A DNA stretch of 64,000 nucleotides from contig JAFSHN010000027.1 in the NCBI GenBank assembly GCA_017440275.1, positions 2,618 through 66,617 on the forward strand. The letters are read 5' to 3'. The first letter of the stretch is position 1. Every line of letters starts with the position of its first letter. Made by a program: the position numbers and the translations under genes. The notes below the pieces were generated by a model. That model did not search any database. It saw only the letters and a program-made list of their open reading frames with translations, and was not told where the DNA came from. Source of the DNA: Bacillota bacterium (GTDB taxonomy: Bacteria > Bacillota > Clostridia > Peptostreptococcales > Anaerovoracaceae). Below are positions 1 through 8,236 of this stretch, piece by piece.

Positions 1-1
1 C

Positions 2-955
2 TATAAACAGACTACAGCAGATAAGGTTGTAATAAACGGTTTCATCTACGTCAATCTGCTTTACGCGGCTGATTCTACAGAAGGTTCTTCCTGTCCTGAA
101 CTGCTGCAGCATCAGGAAAGAGTTGAATTTACTCAGTTTATTCCTATACAGCAGTCCGGCCGCCAGTGTGGGGTCAGTGTGACCTTTGATGACTGGGATT
201 TGAAAGTCAAGCTGACACAGGATAGTGAGGGTCAGGATGTGTTCCGTCTTGAGGGAGAATTGGTTACAATGGTTGACCTTTATAAGAACAACGAAAAAGA
301 AATTGTAGTCGACGCTTATCACCGTAAAAAGGATTTTGTTTGCAACTTTGAGAACGAAAAATGCAAAACGATTTTAGGTACATCTACAGGAGAGTCTTCT
401 CTTCGTGAAATTATCTCAATTGATGAAGGCGGTCTCGAAGTTGAAAAGATTCTTTACCAGACAGCAATGGCAGTCACTGCCGAAAGCAAGCAAGAACAAA
501 ACAAGATTGTTACAGAAGGCTCTATTCTCGTTAGGCTGATTTGTCTTTCAACCGGTGATGAGGCACAAATCTTTGCTGTTTCTGAAGTGATTCCTTACAG
601 AGTGTCTTCTTCAACTGCCGGACTTTCAGGAGACGAGGAGTTCAGCCAGATCATTTCCCTAAAAGATCTTTGGGCAGAAAAAATCAATCCCAAGCAACTG
701 GAAGTCAACATCTGCATTCTTTCCTGTAACGAAATCATCAAGCCAACGCCTTTCAAAGTACTTACCAATCCTGCTTTTGGAGCAGACTGCCCTGAAAATC
801 ACAATCTATCTATGGTTATCTACATTTGCCGCGATGAAGACAGTCTTTGGGACATAGCCAAGAAGTTCAAAACTACCGCAGCCTCCATTATGGAAATCAA
901 TGATCTTGACACTGAGGAGATTTGTGCAGGCCAGAAACTTCTGATTATAAAATAA
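2..955 (+). CDS. LysM domain-containing protein (5' end outside the window)
   Basis: The frame of the 179..955 ORF stays open back to nt 2. The C-terminal ~45 aa (DSLWDIAKKFKTTAASIMEINDL...GQKLLIIK) is a LysM motif. The body resembles DUF3794/SPOCS-type spore-associated proteins, which is a weaker call. Confidence 0.6.
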   Translation, partial: YKQTTADKVVINGFIYVNLLYAADSTEGSSCPELLQHQERVEFTQFIPIQQSGRQCGVSVTFDDWDLKVKLTQDSEGQDVFRLEGELVTMVDLYKNNEKEIVVDAYHRKKDFVCNFENEKCKTILGTSTGESSLREIISIDEGGLEVEKILYQTAMAVTAESKQEQNKIVTEGSILVRLICLSTGDEAQIFAVSEVIPYRVSSSTAGLSGDEEFSQIISLKDLWAEKINPKQLEVNICILSCNEIIKPTPFKVLTNPAFGADCPENHNLSMVIYICRDEDSLWDIAKKFKTTAASIMEINDLDTEEICAGQKLLIIK

Positions 956-965
956 GTTTTATTAT

Positions 966-993
966 GTATAATTAAGATTCTTTTGTCCATAAT
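966..993 (+). promoter_or_regulatory. possible forespore (SigF-type) promoter of spoIIR
   Basis: GTATA (966-970), a 14-nt spacer, then GTCCATAAT (985-993) loosely fit the GYATA / GgnnAnAnT pattern of Bacillus SigF promoters. spoIIR is SigF-dependent in B. subtilis. Confidence 0.3.
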
Positions 994-1014
994 CTCTGTG
1001 TCAGGAGGTAAATT

Positions 1015-1683
1015 ATGGATAAGAGATTTGAAAAAATATTAGTCTGCGGAATGCTTTGTGCGGCTTTGGCTTTGCCGTTTTTATATAATGCTGATTCTTA
1101 CGCCCAGATAAATGACGGCCTGATTGGTCCTGACGGTATTATCAACCAATATCCGGGTATAATGAGGCTTCACATAATAGCTAACAGCGATTCAGAAAAG
1201 GACCAGGAGCTAAAGCTTGCCGTCAGAAACTATATCCTCTCGAAAGTTCAAAACGAGCTTGATAATAAGGAAGAGGCCCGCACATACGTTTTAGAGAATT
1301 TACAGCGCATCGAGGAATGGGCACAAGTTGCCGTTGATGCAGCAGGATTTGAATATGATGTCAGAGCCGATGTAAACATTCGCCATATCCCTGCCAAATA
1401 CTACAGCGACCTGTTTTTCCCTGAGGGAAATTATGAGGCTCTGACCATCACTTTGGGTGAAGGGAAAGGCCAAAACTGGTGGTGCGTAGTTTTTCCGCCG
1501 CTGTGCCTTGTGGATAATACGGTGCCAGTTGACTCCGCCGAACTGGAGTCCGGCGATGGAGAAGTTCTGGTTCTCAAGTCACGGATTGTTGAGATTCTCG
1601 AGGAATCTGGGGATTCCTACAGAATAGATGGGTCAATTGTTGATGTCATCAAGCACATTACTTCGGCAAACCCCAACGAATAA
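1015..1683 (+). CDS. spoIIR: stage II sporulation protein R
   Basis: Hallmark SpoIIR motifs: MRLHIIANSDSEKDQELK, EALTITLGEGKGQNWWCVVFPPLC. N-terminal signal/anchor present. SD AGGAGG lies upstream. Confidence 0.85.
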   Translation: MDKRFEKILVCGMLCAALALPFLYNADSYAQINDGLIGPDGIINQYPGIMRLHIIANSDSEKDQELKLAVRNYILSKVQNELDNKEEARTYVLENLQRIEEWAQVAVDAAGFEYDVRADVNIRHIPAKYYSDLFFPEGNYEALTITLGEGKGQNWWCVVFPPLCLVDNTVPVDSAELESGDGEVLVLKSRIVEILEESGDSYRIDGSIVDVIKHITSANPNE

Positions 1684-2023
1684 CATTATTTTCTGTGCTT
1701 AAGTTGGGGTGACCCCAACGTAAAATCAATTTTTTATTACTTGCGTTGGGTCAGACCCAACGCAGCAACCCAATTCTGCTATTTGAGTTGGGTTATTTTT
1801 TTGATATTTTAGTAGGTCAAAATAGTCTGTACATTAAACACCTGCTAGTTTGCAGTTGTCGACTTATTTATTTTCCCGTCTATGAGGTCTATGGACCAAC
1901 TACCCAACGCAGTGCAGAATTTTGGTAGTTTACGTTGGGGTAAGCCCAACGTGAGTAGCCTTTTTTCCTCTTTGCGTTGGGTCCGGCCCAACGCAAAAGC
2001 TCAACTCGTGAGTTTTAGTTGGG
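1671..2023. repeat. cluster of short palindromic units built on GTTGGG / CCCAAC
   Basis: Hairpins at 1703-1719, 1743-1763, 1767-1794, 1932-1952 and 1974-1994, plus single arms at 1671-1677, 1902-1910 and 2018-2023. A ~65-bp two-hairpin unit (1701-1765) recurs at 1930-1996. Confidence 0.75.
1767..1802 (+). terminator. terminator-like hairpin downstream of spoIIR
   Basis: AACCCAA (1767-1773) pairs with TTGGGTT (1788-1794) and is followed by A plus T7 (1795-1802). The stem belongs to the GTTGGG repeat family. Confidence 0.45.
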
Positions 2024-2075
2024 TCTCTGCCAAAAGTACTTAAAAAAATACACTGAATCTTAACACCCTAACATA

Positions 2076-2104
2076 TTGACAATAGCCCCGCACACGTGTA
2101 TGCT
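2076..2104 (+). promoter_or_regulatory. sigma-A type promoter of the citrate synthase-aconitase-IDH cluster
   Basis: TTGACA (2076-2081), a 17-nt spacer, then TATGCT (2099-2104). Palindromes ACACGTGT (2092-2099) and TGTATACA (2105-2112) overlap or abut the -10. Confidence 0.5.
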
Positions 2105-2181
2105 TGTATACAGGTATCCTATTAGTACTTTAATGCGCTAAATCGCATAGATAATATACCAATTCAAGGGGGATTGACAAG

Positions 2182-3561
2182 ATGTTAGAAATTTCGAAAA
2201 AGACAAATTTGCTTGAAGAAAATATGTACAAATACTCTCTGCAGGATATACCTAATCCTAACCTTTACAGAGAGATGTTCGACTACGAAAGCGTTCCTAA
2301 GATTGCTTTTAACCATACTCGCGTACCTGCTAATATGCCGGCGGATATCTGGATTACAGATACTTCTTTCAGAGATGGTCAGCAGTCAATGGCTCCTTAT
2401 TCAGTTAAGCAGATTGTTGATTTATATAAATTGATGGCACGTCTGGGCGGCCCTTATGGAATCATTCGTCAGTCTGAATTTTTTATCTACACCAAGAAGG
2501 ACCAGGAAGCTATCGAAAAGTGTATGGAACTCGGTTATAAGTTTCCTGAAATCACTACCTGGATCAGAGCTAACAGAGAAGACTTCAAGAGGGTTAAAGA
2601 ACTTGAAATTAAAGAAACAGGGATTCTTGTTTCCTGCAGTGACTATCACATCTTTAAGAAGATGGGGATGAGCCGCGGACAGGCGGTCAAGTTCTATCTG
2701 GAAACTATCAAAGACGCTTTTGATGCAGGTGTTGTTCCAAGATGTCACCTGGAAGATATTACGAGAGCCGACTTTTATGGATTCGTTGTTCCTTTTGTAA
2801 ACGAAATAATGAAACTTTCTGAAGAAGTTGGAATTCCTGTTAAAATCAGAGCCTGTGATACTATGGGATATGGTGTTCCTTACACAGAAGTTGCCCTTCC
2901 TCGAAGCGTTCCGGGCATCATCTTCGGTCTGCAGCACTATGCAGGGGTTCCAAGCGAAATGCTGGAATGGCACGGACACAATGATTTTTACAAAGCTGTT
3001 GCCAATGCATCTACCGCTTGGCTTTACGGAGCATCTGCCGTTAACTGCTCCCTCCTTGGAATCGGTGAAAGAACAGGCAATATTCCGCTGGAGGCTATGG
3101 TATTTGAATATGCATCTCTCAAAGGTTCCCTGGATGGTATGGATCCAACGGTTGTTACCGAAATCGGTGAATACTTCAAGAACGAAATGGGTTATACAAT
3201 TCCTCCTATGACACCTTTCGTAGGAGAAAACTTCAATATGACAAGGGCCGGCATCCACGCTGATGGTTTAATGAAAGACCAGGAAATTTACAATATATTC
3301 AATACAACTAAGCTCCTGGGAAGAGCTCCGGGGGTTGCAATCAGTAAGACTTCCGGCGCTGCGGGAATCGCTTACTGGGTAAACGAGCACTATGGCCTGG
3401 ATGATTCCAAGAGAGTTACCAAGAATCACCCTCTTGTAACAGTTTTAAAAGATTGGGTGGATGAAATGTACGCTGACGGCAGAACCACAAGTCTTGCTAA
3501 CAGCGAAATCGAAGAAAAAATCAGCACACTTGAAGAGTGGAAGGAGTTAATAACATGTTAG
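2182..3561 (+). CDS. homocitrate synthase / 2-isopropylmalate synthase family enzyme, likely Re-face citrate synthase
   Basis: HMGL-like TIM-barrel motifs (ITDTSFRDGQQS, EWHGHNDF, GIGERTGN). Sits directly upstream of aconitase and IDH, as described for clostridial Re-citrate synthase. SD AAGGGGGA. Confidence 0.65.
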   Translation: MLEISKKTNLLEENMYKYSLQDIPNPNLYREMFDYESVPKIAFNHTRVPANMPADIWITDTSFRDGQQSMAPYSVKQIVDLYKLMARLGGPYGIIRQSEFFIYTKKDQEAIEKCMELGYKFPEITTWIRANREDFKRVKELEIKETGILVSCSDYHIFKKMGMSRGQAVKFYLETIKDAFDAGVVPRCHLEDITRADFYGFVVPFVNEIMKLSEEVGIPVKIRACDTMGYGVPYTEVALPRSVPGIIFGLQHYAGVPSEMLEWHGHNDFYKAVANASTAWLYGASAVNCSLLGIGERTGNIPLEAMVFEYASLKGSLDGMDPTVVTEIGEYFKNEMGYTIPPMTPFVGENFNMTRAGIHADGLMKDQEIYNIFNTTKLLGRAPGVAISKTSGAAGIAYWVNEHYGLDDSKRVTKNHPLVTVLKDWVDEMYADGRTTSLANSEIEEKISTLEEWKELITC

Positions 3562-4199
3562 ACTATAAATCCGTATCTTTAGCAAACCAGGTTTTTGAGA
3601 CCATTGAGCGAAATATTGTCAACGGTGTTTATCCTGCAGGAAGTACCTTGAGCGAAAGTAAACTCAGCGAAGAACTCGGGGTAAGCCGTACTCCTATCAG
3701 AGAAGCTCTTTCTAAGCTGGAAAGTGAAATGCTAATAACCTCCACTTCTGCGGGGAGCATAGTTTTGGGCATCACGAAATATGACGTAGAAGATATGTTT
3801 TTCGTAAAAAAGCAGCTTGAACCGAGAGCCTTCAGGCTGGCGGCTGACAATATATCAAATGAGGCTTTAGAAAAATTAAAAAATATAATTGAGCAGCAAG
3901 AGTTTTATGCTATGAAGAAAGACACCGAAACTATGAGAAATCTGGATACACAATTCCATGATATTATATACGCTCAGGCTAAAAGCCCTGTGCTTTTCTC
4001 TATTCTCTCGCCGAACCACCATAAACTGCTGAAATTCCGCAAAGATTCTTTGGAAAAAAGCGATAGAATTCTCCATTCTGTGGAAGAGCATACGGCTCTC
4101 TACGAAGCTCTCAAAGCAAGGGACGGCGAAAAGGCTGAAGCCCTCATGAGAGAACACATCGAAAACACTTACGAAAACCTTAAGAAGGAGGCTTTGTAA
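3555..4199 (+). CDS. GntR family transcriptional regulator (FCD-type C-terminal domain)
   Basis: N-terminal winged HTH (LSESKLSEELGVSRTPIREAL) and a helical C-terminal domain. Start moved to ATG 3555, behind SD AAGGAG (3541-3546). Overlaps the upstream stop by 7 nt. Confidence 0.8.
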   Translation: MLDYKSVSLANQVFETIERNIVNGVYPAGSTLSESKLSEELGVSRTPIREALSKLESEMLITSTSAGSIVLGITKYDVEDMFFVKKQLEPRAFRLAADNISNEALEKLKNIIEQQEFYAMKKDTETMRNLDTQFHDIIYAQAKSPVLFSILSPNHHKLLKFRKDSLEKSDRILHSVEEHTALYEALKARDGEKAEALMREHIENTYENLKKEAL

Positions 4200-6131
4200 A
4201 TGGGACTCACTATTGCACAAAAGATTATAAAAGAGCACTTAATCTCCGGTGATATGACTGTAGGCAGCGAAGTAGCCCTCAGAATAGACCAGACTCTGAC
4301 TCAAGATGCCACAGGCACTATGGCCTACCTTGAATTTGAAACTATGGGAGTTCCCCGTGTTCGCACAGAACTCTCTGTAGCTTACATAGACCACAACACA
4401 CTTCAGTCCGGTTTCGAAAACGCAGATGACCACCGTTTCATCCAGTCTATGGCAAAGAAATATGGTCTGTATTTCTCAAGACCGGGCAACGGTATTTGCC
4501 ATCAGGTACATTTGGAAAGATTCGGCAAACCCGGCAAGACTCTCATCGGTTCTGACAGCCATACTCCAACAGGCGGCGGTATCGGAATGCTGGCTATGGG
4601 TGCCGGCGGTCTGGATGTTGCAGTTGCTATGGGCGGCGGTGCATATTACATTACCATGCCTAAAATGTATAAAGTAAATCTTACAGGTAAACTGCGTGAT
4701 TTTGTTACTGCAAAGGACGTAAGTCTCGAAATCTTACGAATCCTGTCAGTCAAAGGCGGCGTCGGCGCCATCATCGAATGGGGCGGCGAAGGAATTAAGA
4801 CCCTTTCTGTTCCGGAAAGAGCAACTATTACTAATATGGGAACTGAGCTGGGCGCAACTACTTCCATCTTCCCTTCAGACGAAATTACAAAAGCTTTCCT
4901 CGAAGCGGAAGGCAGAGGCTCTGACTGGATCCCACTGACAAGCGACGAAGATGCGGTTTATGACCGCATTATAGATATTGATCTTTCAACACTTAAACCT
5001 ATGATCGCCTGTCCTCACAGCCCGGATAACGTAGTGGCTGTTGACTCCCTGAAAGGCGTAAAAGTTGATCAGGTATGTATCGGCTCATGCACCAACTCTT
5101 CTCTCTTTGATATGCTCAAGGTTGCAGCACTTTTAAAGGGTAAGACTATACGACCTGAAGTGAGCCTTTCTATTTCACCGGGCTCAAAGCAAGTGCTGGC
5201 TATGCTGGCTGACTGCGGAGCTTTATCCGACATTCTGGCCAGCGGCGCAAGAGTTCTTGAATGTGCCTGCGGACCTTGCATCGGTATGGGCTTTTCACCA
5301 AACTCCGGTGGTGTGTCGCTGAGAACTTTCAACAGAAACTTTGAAGGCCGCTCAGGTACTGCTGACGGACAAGTGTATCTTGTTTCTCCTGAAACTGCTG
5401 TTGCCGCAGCACTTACCGGCGAGATCACAGATCCAATGCTTCTTGGAACTATGCCGGAAGTTAAGATGCCTGATGCATTCAAGATTGATGACAGTGCAAT
5501 TATCCCTCCGGCTGAACTTGAAGAAGCTTCCCAGCTTCCAATTCTCAGAGGCCCTAATATCAAACCTTTCCCTGACAGCACTCCTCAGCTTGATTCTCTC
5601 GAAGCTCCGTTGGTGCTCAAGGTAGGTGACAATATTACAACTGACCACATTATGCCGGCAGGCGCAAAAATTCTGCCTTACCGCTCAAACATTCCACACT
5701 TATCACAGTACTGTTTCGGCGTTTGCGATGCAACTTTCCCTGAAAGAGCTAAAGCTGCGGGCACCAGCATTGTGGTGGGCGGCAACAATTATGGACAAGG
5801 TTCCTCAAGAGAACACGCAGCCCTTGTTCCTCTTTATCTGGGGGTTCGCGCTGTTGTGGCAAAGAGTTTTGCAAGAATCCATGCAGCGAACCTGATTAAT
5901 GCGGGAATAATGCCTCTGACTTTTGAAAACCCTGATGATTATGACAAGATTTCTCAGGGCGACATGCTTCGAATTGACGGTGTCTATGATGGAATGGATG
6001 AAGGTCTTATGACTCTCATCGACCAAACCACCGGTGACAAAATCGTTCTAACTTGTCAGTTTACCGAAAGACAAAAGGGAATTTTAAAGGCCGGCGGTCT
6101 TCTGAAATATGTAGGCCAGGGCAATAATTAG
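4200..6131 (+). CDS. aconitate hydratase
   Basis: Aconitase family signatures: IDQTLTQDATG, GSDSHT, CIGSCTN, CGPCIGMG (Fe-S cysteines), plus a swivel domain (NYGQGSSREHAA). Confidence 0.9.
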   Translation: MGLTIAQKIIKEHLISGDMTVGSEVALRIDQTLTQDATGTMAYLEFETMGVPRVRTELSVAYIDHNTLQSGFENADDHRFIQSMAKKYGLYFSRPGNGICHQVHLERFGKPGKTLIGSDSHTPTGGGIGMLAMGAGGLDVAVAMGGGAYYITMPKMYKVNLTGKLRDFVTAKDVSLEILRILSVKGGVGAIIEWGGEGIKTLSVPERATITNMGTELGATTSIFPSDEITKAFLEAEGRGSDWIPLTSDEDAVYDRIIDIDLSTLKPMIACPHSPDNVVAVDSLKGVKVDQVCIGSCTNSSLFDMLKVAALLKGKTIRPEVSLSISPGSKQVLAMLADCGALSDILASGARVLECACGPCIGMGFSPNSGGVSLRTFNRNFEGRSGTADGQVYLVSPETAVAAALTGEITDPMLLGTMPEVKMPDAFKIDDSAIIPPAELEEASQLPILRGPNIKPFPDSTPQLDSLEAPLVLKVGDNITTDHIMPAGAKILPYRSNIPHLSQYCFGVCDATFPERAKAAGTSIVVGGNNYGQGSSREHAALVPLYLGVRAVVAKSFARIHAANLINAGIMPLTFENPDDYDKISQGDMLRIDGVYDGMDEGLMTLIDQTTGDKIVLTCQFTERQKGILKAGGLLKYVGQGNN

Positions 6132-6143
6132 GAGGTATCGTCT

Positions 6144-7286
6144 ATGTACGATGAATATATTAAAAATGCTGTCGAAAGTTTTGAAATTCTACTGCGACAG
6201 CAGCTGGAACGCAGCGAAAAGCTGGCAACGGCTGAAGCTCCCAAAGATTTCTCCAAACTTGATTCCATAACCATAGGCCTTATCGGCGGCGACGGTATCG
6301 GTCCCATTATAATGGCTGAGGCCAAGCGTTTACTTATGAAACTGCTGGCCGATGAAATGGAATCCGGCAAAGTTGTCCTTAAAGAAATCGAAGGACTTAC
6401 TATTGAAAACCGTCTGGCTCTGGGACAGCCTGTTCCGACAGATGTACTTAGTCAGATCAAAGCCTGCGATGTAATCCTCAAAGGCCCTACAACTACTCCA
6501 AAAGGGGGCACTATGGAAAGCGCCAACGTAACCCTTCGCAGAGAACTGGATCTCTACGCAAATGTCCGCCCCGTGTCCGTTCCCGAAGAAGGCATCGACT
6601 GGATGTTTTACAGAGAAAACACTGAAGGTGAATATGTTCTAGGAAGCCGCGGCATTGAAATCCCCGATAATCTTGCAATGGACTTCAAGGTTACTACAGA
6701 TGCAGGGACCCGCCGTATCGCCAGAGCTGCCTTTGAATACGCCAAAGTAAATGGCAAGAAAAGAGTTTCTGTTGTAACCAAAGCCAATATTATGAAAAAA
6801 ACCGACGGCAAGTTCAGCAAAATTTGTGCTGAAGTCGCCTCTGAATATCCTGAAATAACTTGTGATGAGTGGTACATCGACATTATGACTGCCAACCTTG
6901 TGAACAAGTCAATCCGAAATCAGTTTGAGGTATTTGTTCTGCCTAATCTCTACGGAGACATCATTACGGATGAAGCCGCCGAAATCCAAGGCGGTGTAGG
7001 AACTGCCGGAAGTGCCAACATCGGCGACCACTATGCAATGTTTGAGGCAATTCACGGTTCTGCGCCTCGTATGATTGAAGACGGTCTTGCAAACTATGCA
7101 AATCCATCCAGTATTTTCAAGGCGGCAGAGATGCTTCTTCGCCACATAGGCCTTATAGAAAGGGCCGAAAAACTGGCGGAGGCGCTTACCCTTTGCTGTG
7201 AAACAGAGAAGAAACTGGTTGTAACAGGTACCGCCGACGGAGATACTTGTAAAGATTTCGCAGATTACGTTATTTCTAAGCTATAG
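6144..7286 (+). CDS. icd: isocitrate dehydrogenase (isocitrate/isopropylmalate dehydrogenase family)
   Basis: Family signature NLYGDIITDEAAEIQGGVGTAGSANIG. Context immediately after citrate synthase and aconitase. Confidence 0.75.
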   Translation: MYDEYIKNAVESFEILLRQQLERSEKLATAEAPKDFSKLDSITIGLIGGDGIGPIIMAEAKRLLMKLLADEMESGKVVLKEIEGLTIENRLALGQPVPTDVLSQIKACDVILKGPTTTPKGGTMESANVTLRRELDLYANVRPVSVPEEGIDWMFYRENTEGEYVLGSRGIEIPDNLAMDFKVTTDAGTRRIARAAFEYAKVNGKKRVSVVTKANIMKKTDGKFSKICAEVASEYPEITCDEWYIDIMTANLVNKSIRNQFEVFVLPNLYGDIITDEAAEIQGGVGTAGSANIGDHYAMFEAIHGSAPRMIEDGLANYANPSSIFKAAEMLLRHIGLIERAEKLAEALTLCCETEKKLVVTGTADGDTCKDFADYVISKL

Positions 7287-7287
7287 T

Positions 7288-7316
7288 TTGAAAATCGCCT
7301 TGTTATGTAGTATAAT
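7288..7316 (+). promoter_or_regulatory. sigma-A type promoter of metF
   Basis: TTGAAA (7288-7293), a 17-nt spacer, then TATAAT (7311-7316). Lies inside the loop of the 7291-7347 hairpin. Confidence 0.45.
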
Positions 7317-7351
7317 TATTTAAAATATTACATAAAAAGGCGATTTTTATT
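7291..7351 (+). terminator. long-loop hairpin with T-run after icd; its 3' arm covers the metF SD
   Basis: AAAATCGCCTT (7291-7301) pairs with AAGGCGATTTT (7337-7347) and is followed by T-rich sequence. The 35-nt loop makes this atypical for an intrinsic terminator. Confidence 0.4.
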
Positions 7352-8233
7352 ATGAAGATTATTGATTTATTAAAAAGTGAACAAATGTATCTGTCCTTTG
7401 AGGTTTTTCCACCAAAGCAGAGCACATCTTTTGACAGCGTTAAGTCTGCAACTGAGGAAATTGCGAAGTTAAAACCTTCTTTTATGAGCGTTACTTACGG
7501 TGCCGGCGGTGGTACAAGCCAATACACTCTTGATATTGCCAAGAACATCAAAGAAATGTACGGAGTTCCTACTCTGGCTCATCTGACCTGCGTTTCTTCA
7601 ACTAAGGAAACAGTTCATCAGATGATTGGCAAAATTCAGGAAGCGGGAATTCAAAATATTATGGCTCTTCGCGGTGATATCCCGGCTGAACTTGAGGGAG
7701 CAGACAGAAGTCATTGGCACTATCATAACGCCATTGATCTGGTACGCGAGCTCAAAGAAAGCGGCAATGATTTTTGCATCGGCGGTGCATGCTATCCTGA
7801 AATCCATCCTGAAAGCCCTCATCAGAAGGAAGATATTAAATATCTCAAGGAAAAGGTTGATGCAGGCTGTGATTTCCTGACAACTCAAATGTTTTTCGAC
7901 AATAATCTGCTTTATAATTTTTTATACAAGATTCGCGAGGCCGGAATTACCGTGCCTATCATTCCGGGCATTATGCCAATCACCAACGCAAACCAGATTG
8001 AAAGAGCACTCAAACTGAGCGGATCCTACGTACCACAGCGTTTTAAAACCCTGGTGGACAAGTTCGGCTCGGATCCTGATGCTATGAAACAAGCAGGTAT
8101 CGCTTACGCAACTGATCAGATTATTGATCTTTATGCCAACGGCATAACCAACGTGCACGTTTATTCTATGAACAAACCTGATGTGGCGCAGAAAATCCAA
8201 AGCAATCTTTCTGCGATTCTCGGCAAGAAATAG
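7352..8233 (+). CDS. metF: methylenetetrahydrofolate reductase
   Basis: MTHFR family motifs (SFEVFPPK, SVTYGAGGGT, MALRGD). Typical length of 293 aa. Confidence 0.9.
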   Translation: MKIIDLLKSEQMYLSFEVFPPKQSTSFDSVKSATEEIAKLKPSFMSVTYGAGGGTSQYTLDIAKNIKEMYGVPTLAHLTCVSSTKETVHQMIGKIQEAGIQNIMALRGDIPAELEGADRSHWHYHNAIDLVRELKESGNDFCIGGACYPEIHPESPHQKEDIKYLKEKVDAGCDFLTTQMFFDNNLLYNFLYKIREAGITVPIIPGIMPITNANQIERALKLSGSYVPQRFKTLVDKFGSDPDAMKQAGIAYATDQIIDLYANGITNVHVYSMNKPDVAQKIQSNLSAILGKK

Positions 8234-8236
8234 ATT

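Noticed and set aside
1746-1928. 60-aa ORF inside the GTTGGG/CCCAAC repeat region.
   Set aside because: It has no SD, an odd start context and an uninformative translation, and the reading frame is carved out of palindromic repeats. It is more likely non-coding.
1743-1994. Resemblance of GTTGGGT / ACCCAAC to the integron attC core (GTTRRRY) and inverse core (RYYYAAC).
   Set aside because: The arm spacing is 3-31 nt, far below the roughly 57-nt minimum of attC sites. The window has no intI integrase and no cassette-like ORFs. The motif fit is expected by chance for a short GC-rich palindrome.
2422-3258. Long antisense ORFs opposite well-supported genes. Examples: 2422-3258, 5069-5581, 12843-13358, 13380-13844, 39040-39534, 40130-40630, 46159-46665, 52865-53356, 59063-59584.
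   Set aside because: Each lies entirely inside a gene with strong family motifs on the other strand. Their translations are low-complexity or Cys/Ser/Leu-rich with no recognisable motif, and none has a convincing SD. They are typical shadow ORFs.
3537-3554. Upstream-extended starts in the ORF track: 3537, 8859, 27756, 34176, 37112, 37804, 42749, 45533, 62658.
   Set aside because: In each case the extension overlaps the preceding gene or a terminator and lacks an SD. An internal ATG, TTG or GTG with a good SD coincides with the conserved N-terminus of the family.
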